DNA from: Paraphysomonas bandaiensis
Taxonomy: Eukaryota; Protista; Chrysophyceae
NCBI GenBank assembly: GCA_965644295.1
Contig: CBFFRP010000001.1
Span: forward strand, 124,001 to 188,000
DNA: 64,000 nt
Direction: 5' to 3'
This document shows, one piece after another, positions 48,335 through 59,555 of this stretch; the stretch's first letter is position 1; each line of letters opens with the position of its first letter. Under the pieces are notes generated by a model that had not been told where the DNA came from, made no database searches, and was given only the letters and a program-made list of their open reading frames with translations. The position numbers and the translations under genes are program-made.

Positions 48335-48648
48335 ATCGCGTCAGTGCCCAAGTGAAATTTCATCCCAGGGTACTGACGAATTAAATCATCAAATTTGTTC
48401 ATTCGATGCCATCCTGTTGAATAAATATAAGAATGATAAGTAAGGCTACCCAATGCTTCTAGTCCATTATTGTTGTACACACACTACACGGATCCTCTGT
48501 ATTAAGAAAAGGTATTCTTGCACATACATACTTCTCTCCCCCTCTGATAGTGGTACCTAACGGATACAACTATAACGTCATTTACACAACTATACTTGAA
48601 TATTTCGAAGTAGTTGAATATGCTGTCATATTATATGCTATGTATCTA

Positions 48649-49675
48649 AAGTCGAGGTAATATACCAAAACCTGGTAAAAAGCAATTTCACCAGGTTTCA
48701 TATATAAGTATTGAGTTATTATTTTACTGTAATTTGTATCTGAGAGGTTAAAGATAAAGAAAAAGTCGCAAGTATAGTTGTTATTAGCAGTATTTATTGC
48801 GTTACAAGTTGGCCCTCCTGCTACATCTGCTTCGCTTGAGACTGCAAACGCTCCAACCGAATAGCCTGATTTTGGATACATTGCATACGCATATAGCTAT
48901 CTTTACCACTACTACTTACAGTCAGTAGTATTAGTACCTATGCTCGGAAACGACGCGGCAACAGCCGCTGGGGGCACATTACTAGTAGGTGGAGGATCAT
49001 AAGCAGGTGAAGGATCATAAGCAGTTAGTACAGTGTATAGCAACAACGCACAACAATAATCAGAACAATACCGTATATATACAAAATACGACCCCGTCAC
49101 CATCTTTATGAACAGTATTACTTACCCTGCTCGTGCGCTTTCATGGTATCTCTTCCTCCGCCTCCGGGTCGTCATTCGATATGTCGCCATGAATGTCGAC
49201 GACATTCTTCTTCCCGTTGCACTTCTCCTACACCATCATATATACACAGTTAGTACAGTGTATAGTAACAACGCACAACAATAATCAGAACAATACCGCA
49301 TATATACGACATACTACCCCGTCACCATCTGTGGGTGTGAGATGGTATATGGGTGTATAGTGAGATGGTATGTGGGTGTATTTTGAGATGGTATAGTGGT
49401 GTTTAGTGAGATGGTAAAGTGGTGTATAGTGAGATGGTTATAGTTCATACTTGTAAACTGTATGTGTAATATATATATGTGTAGTCGGTGACTTTTATTG
49501 CTGTAAAACGGAAGTAATATGGAAGAAATTAGTAAAAAATATTATAAATAATACTTTTCATACTGTTATTATCTTCATAGTTACTTATTGTGCATAGTTA
49601 TACCCTTTTCCAACCATCATCAAAAATTTCACCAGGTTTTACATCAAAAACCAGGTTTTGGTATTACCTCGACTT
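48649..49675. mobile_element. Unclassified ~1-kb TIR element
   Basis: TIR AAGTCGAGGTAAT(AT)ACCAAAACCTGGT; possible 3-bp TSD CTA; internal ~85-bp duplication (49022-49105 / 49247-49330) and five ~21-bp GTGAGATGGT-type repeats (49331-49440). Confidence 0.7.
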
Positions 49676-50417
49676 CTAGACGATCGTTATAGAGGTGCTC
49701 AGATTGTTTTTTGCCAACGATCTTTGACATATTATCTCTTGCATGCTGATTACGATTAATACAATGATAATACTACTATATATGCTAACATAATATAATG
49801 GGTATGTACCTAAGATCAGTAGCTAGATATTATTGTAAGATGCTATATATAATTTAGTCATCCAATTAATTGGCAACATTTACCAATAATAATAATTGAA
49901 ATTATCACTTTTAAAGCCAATTAATTTAATTGGAAATCCAATTAATCATTGTTACGCAAGCCTGCTACCTATAATGGTCATTAATATCTATCTACTCGCC
50001 CGGCAGGTTGTAGTCAATTGTAATTGCAATTAGTACTTGCTGTCCCAATTAATTGGTAACCATAAATGGTAATACCATTATAACTGCAAGGACGTGATAT
50101 TATTTTGTTAATGGCCATTATTTTTCATCGTTATGTTGTAGCCTTTACTAACTAGTTACTACCGTTCATTTCTTCTGATTAGCGCCCAACATATATCAAT
50201 ATATTGCAAAATAATTAACAATTATTATTGGTCTTGAAAATACTTTTTGTTGTTGGCAATATATTGTTGACTGGGCCTGCTACAATACAGCCTAGCATAC
50301 GACATCCATTAATAACTAAATAATCTAGGATATTACACTTATAATTCGCATATACTATCTTACCCAAACTATTCGTATAAATTCTTTCGTATTTTATAAT
50401 GGTTGCAACATCCAACA

Positions 50418-52498
50418 CTAATGATAATTACTCGTATTATCGATGTCACCGTCAGGAATAATATCATATTCACGCTGCTTAAAAGGATTGAACTGAGATA
50501 TTCGTGCTGGCCACGGACTGCTGCTATTACTTCTGGGATACTCTCCTACTTGGCTTGATCTCTCCCATCCTTGTCTATTACCAAATAATCTTCGCGCAAT
50601 ACAACCAGTACACATTCCACCAATAATAATGCCTGTGAATTGATAGTTAGGGGCTGTCGAGTAAAACTAGCACGAATACCTATACACAACGCCAGTAGAA
50701 CTTTCCCCCAGTATTCAACGCTAGGCTCAGTTTCTAAGTAAACCGGGTAGGAATTGACTTCGCGCAACATAAATCCGTGTGACCAACTCATCTGTATACA
50801 GTGCACGGGAGACATGACATGACGTATGATTAGATATGAAAGTGGATGAGAACCTGCAGCTCCAAAGACCCATCTGGTAGAGTGAACGTGCTATTGCCAA
50901 TGAAATCATATCCATCTGTCATCATCATGCATCAGACAAGAAGAAAAAGCATGCCATTGACCTTCAAGCAGTGTCACCATGTAGCCTGCAAGGAAACAGG
51001 AATAAGGGAGAAGCTCAGCATGCCGCTGATCCTTGATAACATCCGTCAGTCCAGCATCGTATAACACGAGATCGCTGAATGACATACTGCATAACTTCGT
51101 GGCTTTCTCTTTCAGCTTCTCCAGCGACGAGGTACCGGGCATTTTCAGTAGCTGCCAAGAATATTTGATAAGGCCGGAAACGACAAACTTCGTAACGCCA
51201 TTGTGCCCTGCAAGAGAAGGTTGATAAGCCCCTGCCAAACCACACTGACCGCCATATACGTCCTGGCAGTAGGCACTGCGCTTAGTGTGAAATTGTCCAG
51301 ATATTCCATCCATGCATCGCGCTAGTTGGTCTCCTGCGGGAACAGACGGTCCGTGAACCTCTACTGACTTACGGGGGGAAATTGACGTCAGCACTGATTC
51401 ACTGTAGCCAGCGTAGAAGCAGTATTCAAGAGCACGAGGAACAACTGCAGACCCTTCCGAAACACTATCTGCAGCTGCATCTGCTACGTTGGCCAGGTGC
51501 ATAGAACGAATATTCTCGAAGCCGTAAGAAGTGTACGCCCTCACATAGAGATCCCAGTGTGCAGACCCTGCCAGCTGTACCCGATATGCACCTTCTGCTA
51601 GAGGCATATCTACTGGTCGAGAAAATGCTATATGCGTAGAACTATCGCCCAAATAGATCACCCCAAGAGTGTGGGACAGTTGCCGCCTGCCATAAGATGG
51701 AAGCAAAATATCTAAAGCGTGATTGACAGCTGTCCAATGAAAGGCTGCCTCCTCTTCCCCTGATAACATCTGAACGAAATCGTCCTGGAAGAGAAATGGG
51801 GACAGGGTCGAGTTGCTAAAAACATTTCGCATTGTGCTAAGTATGCGCTTCTGATATATCGGAGAAAGTGCCCTTGAACCGTCTGCAAATACAGGGTCGT
51901 CAACAACAGCTAACACCGAAAATACTTTACCGTACCTCCCAAAACAGCGTAGAGAGGATAAGACCCCAATTCGGTATCATGCTCAGACAATATTTCCTGG
52001 GCACTCGCAATCACACGCAAGAGCTGACTTCGAAAACGAGTGCTAGCCGGTTCTGACAAAAAGGAAACCACTCCTGGATAAAGACGATCCGACTGAGACG
52101 GCTTGGAGCGTGGTCGAGAAATCGGGGGAGCAGAGGCGTCAAACAACCGCTACACAAATTCTTATTGCTGACTAATATATCAAGGTAACTTAAAAGTATG
52201 CACTTACCACGTTCCACGTAAAAACTTGAACATCAATGTAGTCGCTCTCTGCACAAAAAAATCGTTAGATCGGAGCAGATTCAGATCAGAGAACACGCCT
52301 CACATACCGGCAATAACGAGTACACATTTACGGGTTGAATAAGACAGATCAGAACCATCTGTGTAGCCTGCAACCAGATAAATCAAACAAACGACAGTTA
52401 TTTCGTAGTATTAATTATATATGCAAGCACTATATCGTACATAGAGAAAGGACAGCTAATATGCATCCGACAAGAAGATGTATCCCTTTCGATGACAT
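50418..52498 (-). CDS. GDA1/CD39 (NTPDase/apyrase) family protein with degenerate active-site motifs; signal peptide and C-terminal TM; multi-exon
   Basis: LSGEEEAAFHWTAVNH (ACR3), LGVIYLGDSSTHIAF (ACR4), LYVRAYTSYG, CFYAGY, CGLAGAYQP, YSCFLAGY; exon 1 MSSKGIHLLVGCILAVLSL. Confidence 0.8.
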
Positions 52499-52597
52499 CA
52501 CTCACAACAGCATCAGCACAGAAGCCTTAGTGTCAGGACATTCGAGGAGGATGGCAAGAGCGAGCTGTGTTGAATAATGTACCTAGACACTGTAAAC

Positions 52598-52724
52598 GTA
52601 TGTATGTATGTATGTATGTATGTATGTATGTATGTATGTATGTATGTATGTATGTATGTATGTATGTATGTATGTATGTATGTATGTATGTATGTATGTA
52701 TGTATGTATGTATGTATGTATGTA
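52598..52724. repeat. (TATG)n microsatellite, ~31 units
   Basis: Perfect tetranucleotide run ~100 bp upstream of the apyrase-like start codon. Confidence 0.98.
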
Positions 52725-53466
52725 CTACGTAGGTACCATATGTAGGTAGCTATACGCGTATATCTTCGTAGTACGTGGATATCTTCCTGACGTTACAAGC
52801 TTTCTCCACTATTGGCATTCAAACCACATAATATCTACCACATTATATTGCCGATACCTGACCTGTGCGCTTCTTGAAGTTGATAGTAGCTGTGGTCTGT
52901 ACCATGGCCATCCCCTGAGCATGATCTGTAAAAATATACCAGAACACACCGAGGGAGGATGATGATCACCAAACCGAGAACAAACGGATCAGCAAAACCG
53001 TTAATCTACCTTCTATGCCAAGCAAATCACAAGGAAAGAACGAAGTAATCTAGGTCAGAGCTAAGTACTTATACTCACTTTATAGCAGTTACACGTCACA
53101 TATCGTATCATACAGTATGAGCAGTACTGAATACATTGCCCAGTTGTCCATGATATTCACCTAGTCGAGAATAGAAATTTTGCTTGAACATGGAGCATAT
53201 TGGTTAACGGAAAATCGTAATTGTTTAATAACATACTTACTCAATTACTCGAACGGTGTAGTCATGCCCATGTCGCTAGATATTCTTAAAAAGCAAGGTC
53301 AACTACAATGGAATGGACCCCCCCTCGTCTTTTCTATTATACGGCTCATCAATGATTTCTTCTTTTTCATCTCTTAATCTTTGCAATTAGCTCTTAGAGT
53401 TTATCATTCTGCTTAACTTGCGTTAGGAGTACCACTTATTTAATATTTATATCCTCGGGATAGTAT

Positions 53467-56400
53467 TGTAGGACTATCCACTTACATATAGAATATATAC
53501 GTGTACATGTCCTGTATTATATGATTAGTAGTACAGTACTGTATTGTATACGTGTACCATGTAGTTAGGAATACAAACTGTAGGGAATGTGATTGTTGTT
53601 GGGATTAGCAATAGCCGTTGATATTGTAGACAGTATTATTAGCCGTTGATATTGTAGACAGTATTATTCATGATTCATTATACGATAATAATCATTATTT
53701 TGTACTTCTGTACTTGGGTATTGCTTTGCACACATACACATATGTATGCAAGCCCACAGTAATATTACTTAATAAGTAGTACTCAATCTCTGTGATATAA
53801 CAATATTATGGGGGAAAGTAAGAGAAGCAAAATAAAAGCAGCTCCTCAAATAGAGGAATTGTTAGCTGCTTCGGGTTCTTCGTCTAAAAAGACGAAAAGA
53901 GAGAGAGAATCCTCTCGAAAACGAGCAAGAGATGCAACAACATCATCTCAAATGCAATCTTCTCCTCAAACTGAAACATCAGTAGAGGCGGAAGGAGAAT
54001 TGAGTGGAGTATCATTTCGTGAGCTCTCTTCTTCTCAACCAAAGAGAAAGAAGCAAAGGAGTGGAGATCCGCACCCCAACAGGAGTGAGCGCATTGACTT
54101 GAATGAAGTCATTGCAACGGAATCCACTCCACATGAAGTAATCAATACCGACTCTATTCCCTACTTAGGTAGTGTGCAAGATGAGGATATCATCGAATTT
54201 TGTGAAAATCTCTCGAAAAGAGATCCTAAAGGGACAAAATTCATAAGGTCAGAAATCATGGCACCAACAGTGCGTGATATGCTTCAGTTTCAGCGACAGC
54301 AGGATTTTGGAGATGAGTCTGACGAGGACTGGCTAGATCCTAACATTGTAACTACTGAGGAATTGATTCAGTGGTTAAAGCAAGCCTTTCTAGAGGAAGA
54401 GGAGCGATACTCTGATACATTGGAGCCTCTTCCTAGGTTCATAGATAATATCATTGGACCAAAAGTTAAGGTGGATATTCATGTTCCTAAAGTATTCTTA
54501 AAAGAATATGGACGTCTGAATGAGCTTTATAAGCTCATTCCGGAGGCAAGTCTCACAGAGGTCGCCTCGGATACCATAGTCAAAACCCTCAAAAAAAAAC
54601 ATCAAACTTGTGGGCGGACATTCCTTCAGAAAGGATGCCAAAGAGAAATTTATAGCGGATATAGGCCAAGGTCAATCTGCACCAAAAGATTTCGGAGCAT
54701 TCTGTAGAAAGGTGCGAGAGCTTAACAATGACTATAGTCAAGCTGTGAGAAAAGTAAAGAGGATGGAAACTAAATTGGATTCCAAAGAAACGTCTAAGTC
54801 TAACAAGTCTAAGACTACAAAAACAACATCCTCCAGCTCATCCTCAAGTACTAAAGCAACAACTGATACTAAGGAAGCATGTTGGATATGCGGTAATCTT
54901 CATAAAGGTGACTGCACCCGCAAAACCTGTGCATGGGCTAACCATGAAAAGAAGCCATGGAAAGATTCCACACAGGGCAAAAAATATGCGGCTATGGGTT
55001 GGAGTACCTGCCCTTATGTGGAGAATCCTGATGGTCCTCCGAGATCGAAAACAAGTAAGTTATCATGCCCTAAGTGTTTATATATAAATGCTATTGGCAT
55101 GAATAATGATATGCTCGATGTCTTTGTATGTCCTAAAGCTGATGTCAATGTACAACAGGTAAAGGAAAATCTAAGGGCTAAAGCCTTATTGGACACGGGG
55201 GCTACTGGGAATAATTTCATTAACCAAGAACTTGCTGATATGTTAGTTGCTAGGTATAATATTCCATTGCACGAGTGTAACATTAAAATTTGTAGTGCGC
55301 TTGATAATGCTTGTTGTAGTAGCAAGCAATATATGATAATAACTATAAGATTAACTGATGAGTATAACAATACTCTTGATATTGAGTTGCAATGTTTGAT
55401 TATAGATAGCACCTTTGATATCATAATTGGTAGAGAAACTATCAAGAAATATAGATTAGTTGATCATTTTCCATCTCACTTTATGGAAAGAGAGTTAGCA
55501 GGGAAAATGCTAGCTACGGCCGCGGGCCATGCTGAGAAGACTCAGCTTCTCTCGGAACATATTAGTGAGAGAGCCACATGTTATAATAACATGGAAACAT
55601 TAAGGCGCCAAGCTAAGGAACACCTTAGTTATAATAATAATTTACTTACAAGTAATAATAGCTTGGTTAGTACTATGTATTCACCTCCAATATCATCCAT
55701 GCGTATAAGTGCATATGAAAAGGAAGATATAGGCGAGATTAGAGATAACTATCTGGAGTCAATCCCAGAAGAAATAGTTACAAATACTCAGGAAAAAGTA
55801 GAAGGTACTACGTTACCAACTAAAATCTCTGGTCCCGAATCTTTACAAAGGAGGGTGAGAGAAATCCATGAAATCTATAAGGATAGATTTAAAACCACAG
55901 TGTCGGATATGCCAATGGATGTTCCACCTTTTGAATTAGAGGTAGATAGGGATGCCTGGGAACAACCAAAACATTGTGGTCCGCCACGAAAGATGGATCG
56001 AGTACGACAGTATGCTTGTAAAAAGCAAATCGATACATTTGTGGAGCATGGAATAATACAACCAAGTACGGCTCCTTATTATAGCCAGGTATTATTAGTT
56101 CCCAAACCAAATGATAAATGGCGATTCTGTGTAGACTATAAAGGTCTAAACAAGCACACACAGAGGGAACGTTGGCCAATACCTAACATCAAAGAAATGT
56201 TAGAACGTATTGGGTCTAAGAAACCCAAATACTTCATAATTCTGGATTTAGTATCTGGTTATTACCAGGCTAAAATTTCAGAGTACTCGAGAAAGTGGAC
56301 GGCATTTATAACCTTCTGGGGAGTATTCGAATGGCTCCGACTACCCATGGGTTTGAGTGGTGCTCCATCATACTTTCAACGAGTATTAACAACAATTGTG

Positions 56401-59001
56401 CTTGCCGGGTTGATTATGTTCATATGTGAATTATATCTAGATGACCTGATTATATATGCTTCTACAGAAGATGAACTAATTGAAAATTACGTTAAAGTTC
56501 TAGAACGCTTCAGGAAATACAATGTTTACATTAATCCTGAGAAAGTGAAAATAGGAGAGTCCGAAGTACAATATGTAGGACATACTCTAAATGAGGAAGG
56601 GTTACACTTTACTAGAGAACGTCTGGATAGTGTATTAAATTTCCCAAAGCCTGAAACTATGAAGGGTCTAAAATCTTTCCTCGGATTGGCAAATTATTTT
56701 CGGGATCACGTGCACAACCACTCCTTAGTGGTGAGACCGTTAAATAAAATGCTTCTCAACTATCATAGACGTAAACGTCTACAATGGACAGAGGATGCCA
56801 ATGAAGCATTTGAAAAGATCAAATTGATGATCCATGAATGTCCAACATTATTTTTCATTGATGACGAGTCACCAATATATTTATTGACCGATGCATCTGA
56901 TTATGGAATAGGAGCATACCTCTACCAAGTAGTAGATGGTGTAGAACGTCCAATAGGATTTCTCAGTAAAACATTCGATGAAAGAATGATGAATTGGGAT
57001 ACACCTCAGAAAGAAGGATATGCTATATACTATGCCTTAGATAAATGGGACTACCTATTAAGGTATAGATACTTTACGATCAAAACAGATCATAAAAATA
57101 TTACTCAGTTGAGAACTGATTACGCTAAGGATAAGAAAGTTCAGCGATGGTTGAAATGTTTCCAAGCATATGATTATGATCTATGTGATATTAAAGGATC
57201 TGATAATGTTGTTGCTGATGCATTTAGTAGACTATGTGCATTAGAATCTAAAATGGAAACAAAATGTGCTTCCCTAATTCCCGATATTAAAGTTCCAAAC
57301 AAGGAATGGGAAATTATTAAAAGATTTCATAACAATGTTACAGGTCATCATGGTATTGGTCGTACAATACAAAAATTACGAGACAATGGTCATAAATGGT
57401 CAAAGCAAGGGGCACATGTGACAAAATTTATTAAAACTTGTCCTTGTTGTCAAAAGATGAGTAGAATTAAACCAATAATTAATGCTCATCCCTTTACTGT
57501 CTCAACATATGGCCCGATGCAAAGAATAGCAGTGGATTTTATTCAGAGTCTGCATCCAGATGAGGATGGATACACTAATATATTAGTGATTATCGATTCT
57601 TTTTCTAGGTGGGTAGAATTAATCCCTACTAAGAATCTCACTGCCATGGCGGCGGCAAAGGGATTGCTTCAACACCTGGGTAGATATGGAGCACCTATTG
57701 AGATTCATTCGGATCTTGGACCAGCATTTGTGGATGATTTAACAAAATCATTGATAGAAATGGTTGGAAGTAATCAATCATTTTCGATGGCGTATTCTAA
57801 AGAAGAAAATGCTATAGTTGAACGTGCTAATAAAGAAATTTTAAGGCACTTAAGGAATATTATATTTGATAAAAATGTACTAAATAATTGGTCAATGTAT
57901 CTACCTTTAGTACAAAGAATTATGAATTCTTCTAAACATAGAAGCACCGGCGTTACTCCCGCTAGTATTCTATTTGGGAACGCAGTAGATTTAGATAAAA
58001 GTTTATTCATTGAACACAATGAGTACTTGGACGGGAACGAACAAAAGCTATCACATTGGATAGATAGAATACAAAAGGTTCAGTCCACTATTATGGATAT
58101 TGCAAGACGAAATCTTCGCAAACATGATGAAATCCACATGGCAACTGCACCAAATATACAAACAAAAGAATTTCCAATAAATTCTTATGTGTTAGTTGAG
58201 CATAGACAAAATGCTTTACGTCCTGGACCGGCAAGTAAATTATTACCATATCTTAAAGGTCCAATGCGAGTAGTCAATGTTATTGGAGATAAATATACTC
58301 TTCAAGATATTGTTACTAAACGTAATAAAGACTATCATATAAAGAAATTAAGGGAATTTAATTACGATCCCTCTACTATTGACCCCTTACAAGTGGCATG
58401 TAAAGATGGTGGAAACTTTTATGCTATTGACCATATTTCAAAAATAAAAGGTCGAGCTAAAGGTCCGAAAAGTCAAATAAAATTTCTAGTACATTGGATA
58501 GGGTATGAAAAACCTACATGGGAACCATGGGCTAACGTTAGAAAAACGTATGCTCTACAAAATTTCCTAACTCAACATCCTGATGAAAATGTAAGAAATT
58601 TACTACCTCGAAATGTGGTTTATTCTTCTGATGAAGAAGATTAATAACAAAGTTTACAGAATTGAGTGTCAATATAACACATTAACACATCAATTATAAG
58701 GGGAGGTAGTGTAGGACTATCCACTTACATATAGAATATATACGTGTACATGTCCTGTATTATATGATTAGTAGTACAGTACTGTATTGTATACGTGTAC
58801 CATGTAGTTAGGAATACAAACTGTAGGGAATGTGATTGTTGTTGGGATTAGCAATAGCCGTTGATATTGTAGACAGTATTATTAGCCGTTGATATTGTAG
58901 ACAGTATTATTCATGATTCATTATACGATAATAATCATTATTTTGTACTTCTGTACTTGGGTATTGCTTTGCACACATACACATATGTATGCAAGCCCAC
59001 A
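53467..59001 (+). mobile_element. Full-length chromodomain-bearing Ty3/gypsy LTR retrotransposon
   Basis: 292-bp TG...CA LTRs at 53467-53758 and 58710-59001 with no differences seen by eye, PPT AAGGGGAGGTAG 58698-58709, TSD GTAT on both sides. Confidence 0.96.
53808..58644 (+). CDS. Gypsy Gag-Pol with one +1 frame break at the A9 run 54591-54599
   Basis: Gag ORF 53808-54707 overlaps ORF 54610-58644, which carries CWICGNLHKGDC, ALLDTGA, WRFCVDYK, YLDD, TDAS, HHCC and DDE integrase, and C-terminal chromodomain FYAIDHI...FLVHWIGYEKPTWEP. Confidence 0.9.
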
Positions 59002-59555
59002 GTATAATAGCTTGGCTATCTTCCTTGAGATAGAGTCGTTGGTCTCCTTCCCTAAAACTTCCTAGTAGTTCCTCGTTTAAAGCGTTCCTAGGTTTCTTAA
59101 GTGCTTCAGAACATAATTTCAATCACATTGAACTTTGTTACATTTCTTGTATCTGGAAAGTCATAAACAACTGTTCTTGCGTTCTGAGGTAATTATTTTT
59201 ACTAATAATTTTATATCTCTCAATATCTGAATAATTGATTCATTCCTTGAGTTTACATGTTTTCTTTTCTTGGGATTCATATAAGCAATAACTATTTAGA
59301 AACCTTCCGGGAGTTCTATTTACGTTTTCATCTATACTATTTTTTTATGTCACCCGTGTCGTGTAACTCTGTATAAAATATTATGCTTTGTTATCTCTTA
59401 AATTAATTATCATTATCAGGTAGATAGAAATGCGTTGGCTTTTCTCTTTGAAAAGATATTCATTATTCATTGCACGAAGTGTTTAATTTTAATTATTCCA
59501 AACCCAAATAAGATTTAAGGTTAGTCTTAATATTTAGTAAGAATATACTTGATAT

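Larger units (their letters stand above)
45940..49964 (-). mobile_element. Putative outer degenerate hAT element hosting nested insertions
   Basis: TIR CAGGCT(A/T)GCGTAACAAT at 45940 and its complement ending 49964; transposase relic at 47366-47760 and 48343-48420. No TSD match, so the two ends may belong to different copies. Confidence 0.45.

Noticed and set aside
51911-51936. Ultra-short 26-nt intron or frameshift in the apyrase-like gene
   Set aside because: A normal ~53-nt intron (GTACGG...TTGCAG) joins the frames and places the ACR2-like motif correctly.
52567-52749. MYVC-repeat ORF
   Set aside because: Translation of the (TATG)n microsatellite.
54591-54600. Programmed -1 ribosomal frameshift at AAAAAAC
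   Set aside because: Frame arithmetic requires +1, not -1, and the site is within gag.
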